The translations under genes and the position numbers were made by a program. From Candidatus Pacearchaeota archaeon (GTDB lineage Archaea; Nanobdellota; Nanobdellia; UBA10117; JABICX01), in contig JAFCGM010000004.1 of assembly GCA_017608025.1 (NCBI GenBank), positions 90,744 to 154,743 on the forward strand: a DNA stretch of 64,000 nt. The letters are read 5' to 3'. How positions within the stretch are numbered: the first letter of the stretch is position 1; each line of letters starts with the position of its first letter. A model generated the notes under the pieces. The model was given only the letters and a program-made list of their open reading frames with translations. It was not told where the DNA came from and did not search any database. This document shows, one piece after another, positions 1-8,933 of this stretch.

Positions 1-2345
1 CTCTTGCAGCAGCATTTTTTTTCTGGTTTACGCAAATACAAACTCATGGCCAAAACATAGGACTTGCAAATGAAGAAGAATTCATACAGCAAGGAACAAC
101 AACAATTGAAGTTATTGATGAAGTTGTTTACAACTCTCTTGCTGAAAAAAACCCGCTTGAAGATGCATTCATAACTGTTATTCTAAAAAACACAGGTTCA
201 AGAAAAATCAATTTTTCAGAAACAGAAAGCATTCAGCTAATCTTATATACTGAAAATGATGTTTTGTGTATCTCAAACATAACAGGAAACTGCCTTGACT
301 CAGCTTCAAGAACAATTGTTGGAGGAGAAAACAGCAGCATATATTATTCAGAAACATCTTCTTTTGATTCCAGCACAAAAATAAATGATGAAATAATTAC
401 TGCTTTAACAAATTACAATGATTATGTTCTTGCAGGAACAGCAACAAACAGCAGAATATTTCTTTCAAAAGATGGAATTAATTGGAAAGCAAAGCACTCT
501 TTTGGAAAAGGCGAAGTCTCTGAATTCCTAACTAACAGCAGCAGCATATATGGAATAGTTAATTTTGAAAACGGTGACAGCTCACTTGTTCTTTCTGAAG
601 ATTCTGGTTTTTCATGGGAAAAAATTTTCAATTTTTCAGAGGTTCATTTTTATGATTTAGAACTTTTCAACAATCAAATATTTCTTGTAGGAGAAAATGA
701 CACCAACGGAACAATTGTTAATGTTTCTGGAACCTCAAAAACAGAATGGTTTTTTGACAAAAAAATAGCATCAATTGGAAAAGTAAATGAAAAGCTTTAT
801 GCAGGAACTGGCGGAGGAAAAAACAACGGATACTTTTTAGTGTTTGATAGTGGAAATTGGGACAACTCTTACGGACCTTATGACTCAGAAATAACTGAAA
901 TAACTGAATATAAAAATAACATATATTTCTCAACAAAAAAAGAAAACGGAACTGGAAAAGTAAGAATGAACACAACAGGACCTTATTCTTTCAGTGAAAT
1001 AAACGGAATCAGCACAGAAATAAACGAAATCTCAAAAATAAAAGTAATTAACAATACTCTTTATGCAATTTCTTCAAACAACTCAGGAAACTCACATATA
1101 TATTATTTAAGTGGTTTTAGTTTCTACAAAAAAGATGAAATTCCCTTCTCTGTGTTAAATGACATTACTCATCTCAGTGGCTGTGACCAGTCTCTTGTTG
1201 AATGCTCGCAAGGATGTTCTGAAGGAGTTTTAGAGCCAGATGCAGTAAGGGAATTTAAATTTAGAACAGAAAACACAATTTGCGATATCTCAAGCAATGA
1301 ATCTCGCGATTTCAGCATAAAACTAAATATTGGAAAAGATGCGCAAATAATTAATGATTTTGAAAAATATTCTGTTGATGAAAAATTGAAAAACACCCCT
1401 TGCGAACTTTCATGGCCTCTTTGCAATGGAAAAGTATCTAACCCTCTTGCAACCTGTGAAGTTGTCAATGACCATTGCGAAGAAGTATTGCACTATCCTT
1501 GCAATGCCACAGCCTTTTCTGAAGCAAGTTGCTCAGATGCAAATGACGCTTGCCCTGATGGATATTACTGCAATGACACTGGTTCAACCTGTGAATGCGC
1601 GCCACTTAAAACTACTTGCTCGTCCCTGTCACCTCCAGACTGCTACAAAGGAACTTGCTCTGGATACAAAAACTGCACAGAACTTAATGGAGCTTGCGTG
1701 TGCCTTGACTGCTGGGAATCTTATGAAGCAACACCGCGATGCTCAGGAGGATGCTTATTAGGAAACAACTGCAATGAAGGTTCTTTTTCCTGTTATTGTG
1801 GTTCATATACACCACCACCAGATGAAATTTGCAATAATGACTTAGACGATGATTTAGACGGAAATACTGATTGTGCTGATTCTGAATGCACATATGATCC
1901 TGCCTGCTATGAGTATATATGCTATGACTCAATAGATAATGAATATCATTCTGACGGGCTTATAGACTGCAATGATCCTGACTGCAATCTTCAAATATGC
2001 AACCAAACCTGCGACATTGACAATCCAGAACTAATTCCTGACACAATAAACATATCAAAATGCACTCCTGAAAACAACTGTGCTTATTATGAAACACAGG
2101 ATTGCCCGCCAGAAGACCCAAACTGCATAATTGGAAATCCAATTGACAAATGCTCTGGAGAAATTTGCCACAACAATGCAGATGATGATTCAGACAGCTT
2201 TATAGATTGTGCAGACACAGAAGACTGCGAAGATCTTCTTTGCTGGTCTGACTGTAATGAAACAGCAGGAAAGCATGATTATTACTTCTGCTCTGGCGGA
2301 ACTTGCGGAGCAGGACATATTCAATTTGATGACCCTTCTTGCTGA
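1..2345 (+). CDS. Large secreted cysteine-rich surface protein, 5'-truncated by the window edge. The reading frame stays open from nt 3; the ORF-track start at 264 is an internal TTG. N-terminal repeat-rich (beta-propeller-like) region plus a C-terminal ~350 aa with >60 Cys and DDDxDxxxDC acidic motifs.
   Basis: No in-frame stop from nt 3 to 2345. C-terminal Cys-rich patterns (CxC, DCADSEC, DCADTEDC). It lies directly upstream of the pilus operon. Confidence 0.55.
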   Translation, partial: LAAAFFFWFTQIQTHGQNIGLANEEEFIQQGTTTIEVIDEVVYNSLAEKNPLEDAFITVILKNTGSRKINFSETESIQLILYTENDVLCISNITGNCLDSASRTIVGGENSSIYYSETSSFDSSTKINDEIITALTNYNDYVLAGTATNSRIFLSKDGINWKAKHSFGKGEVSEFLTNSSSIYGIVNFENGDSSLVLSEDSGFSWEKIFNFSEVHFYDLELFNNQIFLVGENDTNGTIVNVSGTSKTEWFFDKKIASIGKVNEKLYAGTGGGKNNGYFLVFDSGNWDNSYGPYDSEITEITEYKNNIYFSTKKENGTGKVRMNTTGPYSFSEINGISTEINEISKIKVINNTLYAISSNNSGNSHIYYLSGFSFYKKDEIPFSVLNDITHLSGCDQSLVECSQGCSEGVLEPDAVREFKFRTENTICDISSNESRDFSIKLNIGKDAQIINDFEKYSVDEKLKNTPCELSWPLCNGKVSNPLATCEVVNDHCEEVLHYPCNATAFSEASCSDANDACPDGYYCNDTGSTCECAPLKTTCSSLSPPDCYKGTCSGYKNCTELNGACVCLDCWESYEATPRCSGGCLLGNNCNEGSFSCYCGSYTPPPDEICNNDLDDDLDGNTDCADSECTYDPACYEYICYDSIDNEYHSDGLIDCNDPDCNLQICNQTCDIDNPELIPDTINISKCTPENNCAYYETQDCPPEDPNCIIGNPIDKCSGEICHNNADDDSDSFIDCADTEDCEDLLCWSDCNETAGKHDYYFCSGGTCGAGHIQFDDPSC

Positions 2346-2347
2346 AA

Positions 2348-2941
2348 ATGAAACAAACCGTTAAATCAAAAAAAGCAGCTTCAGAACTAATTGGATTTAT
2401 AGCAATAACAATGATTGCAGTAATTGTAATTGGAACAACTTTTTTCTGGACTCTGCAATTAATTGAAAAAAACAAACGATTCTCAACAGTTGAATATTCT
2501 GAAGAGCTTTCTATAAAAATATCAGAAAAACTTGAAAAAGTTCTTGAGCAAAGATCTCAAGAAAGCATGCGCCTTGAACTAAAGGAAGGGCAAATCCTTT
2601 CAGTTAAAAACAAATCTCTAATTATCTCAAACATGAATGCATTTTCAGATAGTTCCTTGTCTGGAACAAATTATCTCCGCGGGAATGAAGCAATCTGCAC
2701 ATCTGAAAATGTATCTCTCGGTCAGGAAAATATCTGCGTTGTTTCAAAATTCCTAAATCAATTTGAAATTTATTTTATAGACACTTATGACTCTTCAAAT
2801 AACATGCTTTACTCAGTTGAATTTAAGATTGGCAATGTTGGTTCAGCAACAAAAGGAACTCATTATCTAATAATGTCTTACTCTGGTCTTGAAGAATCTG
2901 GAGCAACAACAAAACAAACAATAAAAATAGACATTGAGTAA
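2348..2941 (+). CDS. Pilin-like protein with a class III (type IV prepilin-like) signal peptide.
   Basis: ATG at 2348, 2 nt after the upstream stop. N-terminus MKQTVKSKKAASELIGFIAITMIAVIV: short basic segment followed by a hydrophobic helix. Confidence 0.5.
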   Translation: MKQTVKSKKAASELIGFIAITMIAVIVIGTTFFWTLQLIEKNKRFSTVEYSEELSIKISEKLEKVLEQRSQESMRLELKEGQILSVKNKSLIISNMNAFSDSSLSGTNYLRGNEAICTSENVSLGQENICVVSKFLNQFEIYFIDTYDSSNNMLYSVEFKIGNVGSATKGTHYLIMSYSGLEESGATTKQTIKIDIE

Positions 2942-3191
2942 ATATGTGTTATCGAGCAAGGCGAAAATAGCACTAGCCTGGGTCCCTTGGCTAAAAGGAC
3001 TGCTATACAAATAGATATAGAATAATAAAACAATAATAATGTTTTCCGCGAGCGCTTTTTCCAAAAGGGCTCTGTGGAGTCCCTTAGCTAGAAAGACTGA
3101 AATAATATGTGTTATCGAGCCGAAGGCGAAGATAGCACCTCTGTGTGTCTCTTCAGAAGAAGGACTGCCATAAAAATAGATATAAAATAAA
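2942..3191 (+). repeat. Intergenic composite repeat between two pilin genes. Two ~90-bp sub-repeats (2942-3040 and 3105-3191) bracket a 60-bp core (3041-3100).
   Basis: Sub-repeats atatgtgttatcgagc...ggcgaa(a/g)atagcac...aaggactgc(t/c)ata(c/a)aaatagatata(g/a)aataa. The core tttccgcgagcgctttttccaaaagggctctgtggagtcccttagctagaaagactg is ~90% identical to 53235-53292. GC content is above that of the flanking DNA. Confidence 0.65.
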
Positions 3192-3635
3192 ATGAAAAAA
3201 GCAGCAACAAACATAATATCTTTCGGAGCCTTAACCCTAATTGGCTTACTAGTTGTTAGTATGGTTTTTGTAATTTCTGAAAACATTGTTGAAAATGCAA
3301 ACAAAGAAATATCAAAAGAATTTGCAGAGAATATTTTCCTTCTTGCTGAAAGCAAAATAATTGAAATCGAAACTCTTGTAAACTACTCTCATTCTGGAAA
3401 TGAAATTTCAATAGAAATAAAAGAAAAAATACCTGAAAAGCTTGGAAGAAACTCTTATACAATTCAAGGAAAAAACAACTCTCTTTTATTCAAAACTCAA
3501 AATTATGGATATTCTAAAATAAAAAACATTTCCTGGTCAGACATGAATATTCAAGGAATTTGCTATTCTGGAAACAAAGAAATATCTCTTTCATTTAATT
3601 CCAGCCAATCAAATAAAACAATCACGCTATGCTGA
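3192..3635 (+). CDS. Pilin-like protein with a class III signal peptide.
   Basis: N-terminus MKKAATNIISFGALTLIGLLVV. Confidence 0.5.
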   Translation: MKKAATNIISFGALTLIGLLVVSMVFVISENIVENANKEISKEFAENIFLLAESKIIEIETLVNYSHSGNEISIEIKEKIPEKLGRNSYTIQGKNNSLLFKTQNYGYSKIKNISWSDMNIQGICYSGNKEISLSFNSSQSNKTITLC

Positions 3636-3673
3636 ACTATATGTTTATAAACTAGTTTTGTTTACTTTAAGCT

Positions 3674-5440
3674 ATGGATTTGAGTACTAAAAAAAGGCTC
3701 AGAAATGTTCTCTCAAAAGTCAAGAAAATTTACTCCTCAAAAAAAAGCTTAAAAAACAAAAAAGAGTTAATTGAAGAAAAAAAGCAGGAAATTCCAGAAA
3801 ACCAATACAACTTTGACAGGATTGCCCGCCCAGAAGATTCTTTTGACCTCGATGTTCTTGATGTTGAAAGTGAAGAAAAAAGATTCTCTCTTCCAGACGA
3901 GCTCAACAAACCAGAACTTGTTAAAAGCGAAATCAGAGCTCAAATAAGAAACATAAATGAAACTTATCCAGTGGTTTTCTCTTACCAAAACAACCAAAAA
4001 ATTCCTATTGCAAAGGCAAACATTTTCTATGACCCAAATATCAACAGTATAAGATATAATTTAATTGAGCCTCACTTGACTAAAGAAGAAGAAGAAAAAG
4101 TTTTCAAAACTCTTGAAAAACTAAAAGACAGACTTGATGTAAATCTTGCTGATTTGAAAAACAAAAAAGAAGTTTATGACTATCTTAATTCAAAAATAGA
4201 AGACATTTGGAAAGTTCTTGAAATAAAGGCAACTCTTGAACAGAAAATAAAAATGAAATATTATCTTTTCAGAAACACAATCGGACTTGACAAAATAAAT
4301 GCTTTAATGGAAGACCCAAATATAGAAGATATTTCATGTGATGGAGTTGGACTTCCTGTTTATATCTTTCACAGAAATCCAATGTATGGTGAAATACCCA
4401 CAAACATAATTTTCAATGAAAAGGATGCTCTTGACAGCTTTGTAATGAAGCTTGCTCAAAAATGTCACAGAACAATCTCTGTTGCTTCACCTTTAATGGA
4501 CGGCTCTCTTGAAGACGGCTCTCGTGTGCAAATAACATATGGAACAGATATTGCAAGACGGGGCAGCAATTTCACAATAAGAAAATTCTTCAAAATTCCA
4601 TTAACTCCTGTTGATTTGATAAACCTTAACACCATAGACCCAATGATGCTTGCATATCTCTGGCTTGCAATTGAGAACCAAAAATCAATACTCATTGCTG
4701 GAAGCACAGCAACAGGAAAAACAACATTGCTCAATTCCCTGTCATTGTTTATTGAACCAAATCAGAAAATAGTTTCAATTGAAGACACAGCAGAACTTCG
4801 CTTACCGCATATAAATTGGATGCCTCAAGTAGCAAGAACTGGCTTCGGACCAAAAAAATACGGGGAAATAAGTCTTTACGATCTTTTAAAAGCAGCTCTT
4901 CGTCAGCGTCCAGATTATCTAATTGTAGGAGAAGTAAGGGGCAAGGAAGCTTCTGTGCTTTTTCAGGCAATGGCAACAGGTCATCCTGGACTTTCAACAC
5001 TTCACGCCGACTCAATAAATGCTGTAATTGACCGTCTTACAACAAGACCTATAAACCTTCCTGCAGCAATTCTACAAAACCTTGACATAATTATTTTCAT
5101 AACAAGAGTGAAAAAAGACAACAAAATAACAAGACGAGTTGAAAAGATAATTGAAGTTGAAAATTATGACTTCAGTAAAAACAAGCTTAATGTAAATGAA
5201 GTTTTTGTATGGATTCCCGCTAAAGACAAGTTCATGTCAAAAGAAAGCAGCATCTTAAAGCAAATAGCAGAAATAAATGGATGGTCTGAACAGCAGGTAA
5301 ACAATGAAATTCTTAGAAGAATGCATATCCTAATATGGATGTTAAAGAAAAAAATATATCATTTTGAAGATGTTTCACGAGTAATAAAAATGTACTACAC
5401 AAATCCTGAAAAATTATACGGAATAATGAATAATGGATAG
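3674..5440 (+). CDS. Type IV pilus/archaellum secretion ATPase (FlaI/TadA/VirB11 family).
   Basis: Walker A GSTATGKTTLLNS, Walker B DYLIVGEVRG, 588 aa. Sits in an operon with pilins and platform proteins. Confidence 0.85.
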   Translation: MDLSTKKRLRNVLSKVKKIYSSKKSLKNKKELIEEKKQEIPENQYNFDRIARPEDSFDLDVLDVESEEKRFSLPDELNKPELVKSEIRAQIRNINETYPVVFSYQNNQKIPIAKANIFYDPNINSIRYNLIEPHLTKEEEEKVFKTLEKLKDRLDVNLADLKNKKEVYDYLNSKIEDIWKVLEIKATLEQKIKMKYYLFRNTIGLDKINALMEDPNIEDISCDGVGLPVYIFHRNPMYGEIPTNIIFNEKDALDSFVMKLAQKCHRTISVASPLMDGSLEDGSRVQITYGTDIARRGSNFTIRKFFKIPLTPVDLINLNTIDPMMLAYLWLAIENQKSILIAGSTATGKTTLLNSLSLFIEPNQKIVSIEDTAELRLPHINWMPQVARTGFGPKKYGEISLYDLLKAALRQRPDYLIVGEVRGKEASVLFQAMATGHPGLSTLHADSINAVIDRLTTRPINLPAAILQNLDIIIFITRVKKDNKITRRVEKIIEVENYDFSKNKLNVNEVFVWIPAKDKFMSKESSILKQIAEINGWSEQQVNNEILRRMHILIWMLKKKIYHFEDVSRVIKMYYTNPEKLYGIMNNG

Positions 5441-6305
5441 AGTTTACGATATTTCATTTTCAATTTTCGGTAAGCTTACGCACATACTTGATTCTGTTTT
5501 TCTCCCTTTGAAAAAAAAACTGGTTTCAGCAGGAATGGATGTTGACTACAAAAAATATGCTTCTTTCATAATAATGGTTTTTGTGTTTTTTCTAATTATT
5601 TCATTAATAATTTCATTGTTTTTTATTTTCTTTTTTCTTAAAAACATATCAGAATATGCTCCAATAATTATATTTGGAAACATAATTGTCTCTCTCGGCT
5701 TTGCTTTGTTCGCCTATTACTACCCTTTTCTTGTCTCTAGCGACAGAAAATCAAGAATAGACAACCAGCTCCCTTTTGCTTCTCTTTACTTATCAACAAT
5801 TTCAAAATCAGGTTTCCCTGCCCATGAAATGTTTCGAATGCTTGGAAATTTCAAAAACTACAAAATAATAGCAGAAGAAGCCAAAAAAATAAGCAAGGAC
5901 ATAACTCTTCTTGGATTTGATTTGCCTGAAGCAATCAATCGGGCAATAAAGCGTTCTCCGTCAAAAGAATGGAACGAGCTTTTGTCTGGGATAAGAAATA
6001 CAGTAACTGTTGGTGGAGAGCTTGGAAAATTTTTAGAGGAAAAATCAATTGGTTTTATCCAAGATTACAAGCGCAAATTAAAAAAATTCAGTGAAACTGT
6101 TTCAGTTTTTATGAATGTTTACATAACAGTAATTATTGTTGGCATTGTTTTTTTCATTGTAATTTCCTCTTTGATGAGCACAATCGGAGGAATGTCAGTG
6201 GTTTTAATCAAAACAATGCAAATGGCTGTTGTGTTTTTCGGACTGCCGATTGTAACAGTTGGATTCATACTATTAGTTAAAAGCATGTCACCATGGTCAA
6301 AATAA
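5433..6305 (+). CDS. Type IV pilus platform membrane protein (TadB/FlaJ N-terminal-half-like, T2SSF-type).
   Basis: Polytopic membrane protein overlapping the ATPase gene stop by 8 nt. Its position downstream of the ATPase is typical of FlaJ/TadB. Confidence 0.55.
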   Translation: MDRVYDISFSIFGKLTHILDSVFLPLKKKLVSAGMDVDYKKYASFIIMVFVFFLIISLIISLFFIFFFLKNISEYAPIIIFGNIIVSLGFALFAYYYPFLVSSDRKSRIDNQLPFASLYLSTISKSGFPAHEMFRMLGNFKNYKIIAEEAKKISKDITLLGFDLPEAINRAIKRSPSKEWNELLSGIRNTVTVGGELGKFLEEKSIGFIQDYKRKLKKFSETVSVFMNVYITVIIVGIVFFIVISSLMSTIGGMSVVLIKTMQMAVVFFGLPIVTVGFILLVKSMSPWSK

Positions 6306-7456
6306 AAGAATTTTTGAAAATAAAGGAAATTGGAAAAAACAAAAAAAAGATACTTATCTTTATTCTAAGCATACCTATTCCTTTTCTTCTTTCATTTGCA
6401 GCATATCTTCTGAATGCAGAAACAACAACAATTATTGCAATTGCATCAATAGGAATTATTCTAATTTTCCTTCCTTTCCTAATTATGAGCTTTATTGAAT
6501 TTAAGGAAATATCCAATGCAGAAAAGCATTATCCTGCATTTCTCAGAGACCTTGCACAAAGCGTTTCATCAGGAATGACTCTTCCACAAGCAATTGCTAT
6601 AAGCGCTGAAAACAACTATGGAAAACTTAGCAAATACTTGAAAAAACTTGACATTTACTTGAGCTGGGACTTACCTTTTCCTGAAGCTTGGAATAAATTC
6701 ACAAAACTTCTTGAAAAAAGCAATTTAATTTCTCGCCTTAATAACTTGATTCTTGAAGCATTCACAACTGGCGGCGAACTAAAAACAACTCTAAATTCTC
6801 TTGGCGATGATGTGATTATGCTAAAAGACATGGAAGCTGAGAAAAAAGCAACAATGTATGAGCAAATAATAATAATGTATATTGTCTTTTTCATCTTCCT
6901 TGGAGTAATTGTAGGGCTTTTCAAAATTCTGTCTCCGATTTTGTTTATTCAGAAAATGGGAATTTTCAGTGGAATTGAACTTGGTTCTGCAACTTCAGAA
7001 TCAATTGGAATAAATTACTTCAAAAACCTATTTTTCATGATGGCGCTAATTGAAGGTATTTGCGCAGGATTCATAGCAGGCCAGATTTCAGAAGAAAAGT
7101 TAATTGCAGGATTCAAGCATGTAGTAATTATGGTCGCAGCATCAGTATTATTGTTTTTCATATTTATATTTCCTTCCCACTTGTCCCTTGAAGTATCTTT
7201 ATATCCTCCATCTGTTGAAATTGGAGAATCTGTAATAATTACAGGCTACGCAAGATATGAGACTGAGCCAGTATCAAACAACCCTATTGACATAGTTCTT
7301 CCTGATGGAACAATAAAACGGGAATATACAGACTCAAACGGAAAATTCTCAACAAATATAAAAGCGCCTACGCAAAAGGGAATACATAAAGTAATTGTTA
7401 CACTTACGTATAAAAAAGAAACAGTTCAGTCAGAACTGTCAATTAAAGTCACCTGA
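6293..7456 (+). CDS. Second pilus platform membrane protein (TadC/FlaJ C-terminal-half-like) with a C-terminal extracellular Ig-like/CARDB-like beta-sandwich domain.
   Basis: Multi-TM core. C-terminal ~90 aa soluble beta-rich tail (SVEIGESVIITGYARYETEPVSNNPIDIVLPDGT...). Overlaps the upstream gene by 13 nt. Confidence 0.55.
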   Translation: MVKIKEFLKIKEIGKNKKKILIFILSIPIPFLLSFAAYLLNAETTTIIAIASIGIILIFLPFLIMSFIEFKEISNAEKHYPAFLRDLAQSVSSGMTLPQAIAISAENNYGKLSKYLKKLDIYLSWDLPFPEAWNKFTKLLEKSNLISRLNNLILEAFTTGGELKTTLNSLGDDVIMLKDMEAEKKATMYEQIIIMYIVFFIFLGVIVGLFKILSPILFIQKMGIFSGIELGSATSESIGINYFKNLFFMMALIEGICAGFIAGQISEEKLIAGFKHVVIMVAASVLLFFIFIFPSHLSLEVSLYPPSVEIGESVIITGYARYETEPVSNNPIDIVLPDGTIKREYTDSNGKFSTNIKAPTQKGIHKVIVTLTYKKETVQSELSIKVT

Positions 7457-8286
7457 TGAAAGCGCAGTCAATATATGAATATATAGTAAGTTTTGCAGTT
7501 TTCCTAGTAATGGCTCTTTTCTTGTTTCAATTAATGCTTTCTCTCGGGCCAGAAAGCATTGCTATTTTTGAGAAAAACACTGCTTGCTTGCAGGCAAACC
7601 AAATTTTAGAATACTCTACAGAAAGCCGAAATACTGAAAAAATTAATCTTAATTTTGGAATAAACAAAATAAATTACTCAAAATGGGAAAGCATGTCTGA
7701 AACAGATTATATTGCTTTCAAAAACTCAAATGAAATATTTTTTCCATTCAAGCTCCAATACACAATTAAAGAGCTTCCTCTAAACAAAACAGATACAGAC
7801 ACAGAATATCCAAACGGAACAGCAGCAAAAATAATACGTATGTCAGGAAACCAAATAAAAGTTTATGCAAATGGGTCGGCAAAAGCCACTCTTAAATTGA
7901 TAATTAACACTTTTAATAAGTCCTCATCTGTCAATATTATTGAAAGCGGCTGCAATTCCGGCACTCTTGAAGCAGAGGATTCTGCATCTGCTGAAACTGG
8001 AAAAATGTCAATAACAATGAACTTAAATAAAACAGATTATGACTGCCTGATTTTTTCAGTTGATTCAAATGAAGAATATCTTTACTTTGAAACTCTTGAA
8101 TTCAGTGATTTAAAAGGTGAAAAAATGTTCCCAGTGTTCCTTGAAAACACTTTCAGATTAAACGGCAACTACGGTTCGCAGAACATTGAAAAGAAAAAGC
8201 AATGCAGCAAAGGAAAATATGTTATAATCCAGTCAACTGAAAATGAAAAATTCATTGCTTATATAGAGGCGAAAAGTTGGAATTAA
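7456..8286 (+). CDS. Pilin-like / pilus minor subunit candidate with a class III signal peptide.
   Basis: N-terminus MKAQSIYEYIVSFAVFLVMALFLF. Translationally coupled: ATGA overlap at 7453-7456. Confidence 0.4.
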   Translation: MKAQSIYEYIVSFAVFLVMALFLFQLMLSLGPESIAIFEKNTACLQANQILEYSTESRNTEKINLNFGINKINYSKWESMSETDYIAFKNSNEIFFPFKLQYTIKELPLNKTDTDTEYPNGTAAKIIRMSGNQIKVYANGSAKATLKLIINTFNKSSSVNIIESGCNSGTLEAEDSASAETGKMSITMNLNKTDYDCLIFSVDSNEEYLYFETLEFSDLKGEKMFPVFLENTFRLNGNYGSQNIEKKKQCSKGKYVIIQSTENEKFIAYIEAKSWN

Positions 8287-8687
8287 TAAAATCAAAAAAA
8301 TCTCTTATTTACATAATGGAAACAATGCTTTGTGCAGTGGCTTTTGCGCTTATATTATTCTACTTTTCAAACTCGTTCTCAAGCCTTGAACAAGATACTT
8401 CTGAAATTGATACAGATAGCTTAATATATTCTTTAATTAATACTCGGGAAGTAAATATTTCATCAATTCCCAACATAAAAACAAGTTCAGAAAGAATAAT
8501 GGGTACAAGCTTCGAACTTAAAATGTTTTTTATAAATTCAAGCTGCTACATACTAAACTCCACAGATAGTCTTATTCAGAACTCAAATTGCTCATACTCA
8601 TTCAACACAAACAAAAATGTATTTTCCGGAGAAGCAAAAATAAGCACAGGAGAAACAATAAAAATATTATTTTGGAGGAAAATGTGA
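8277..8687 (+). CDS. Pilin-like protein with a class III signal peptide.
   Basis: N-terminus MELIKSKKSLIYIMETMLCAVAFALILF. Overlaps the upstream gene. Confidence 0.4.
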   Translation: MELIKSKKSLIYIMETMLCAVAFALILFYFSNSFSSLEQDTSEIDTDSLIYSLINTREVNISSIPNIKTSSERIMGTSFELKMFFINSSCYILNSTDSLIQNSNCSYSFNTNKNVFSGEAKISTGETIKILFWRKM

Positions 8688-8933
8688 TGAATAATAATAT
8701 ATTATCGAGGAAACTTATTTTTTGATGAAACTTTTTCAAAAGTTTCCGAAGATAGCGCCAGAAGGAACTTAGTTCCGCCTTGGGCTTTAGCCCTAGCCGA
8801 TTTTGCGGCTGAGTGTGTCCCTTGGCTAAAAGGACTTGAAGGAAAGTGTAATGAAAAATAAGTGACCTTTATAACTAAAATTTGGTCGCTGTCGCACAGT
8901 CCGGGCGAAACGGACAGAGGAAAATGTGATGAA
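8675..8933 (+). mobile_element. 224-bp family element (8693-8916) inserted exactly at an overlapping stop/start junction between two pilin genes. It is flanked by a 17-bp direct duplication (ggaggaaaatgtgatgaa at 8675-8692; gaggaaaatgtgatgaa at 8917-8933).
   Basis: Each copy keeps one gene end intact: copy 1 gives ...KM-TGA for the upstream gene; copy 2 supplies GAGG plus the ATG for the downstream gene. The insert has the tttgatgaaactttttcaaaagtttccg, gaagatagcgcc and gtgtcccttggctaaaaggact motifs plus GC-rich hairpins. Confidence 0.6.

Noticed and set aside
8880-8920. RNase P RNA CR-I-like fragment (cacAGTCCGGGCGaaacggacag) in the GC-rich pilin-operon spacer.
   Set aside because: Only one short CR-I-like match is present, with no CR-IV/CR-V or P4 pairing partner. 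The total structured length is far below any RNase P RNA. The same region is a family repeat.
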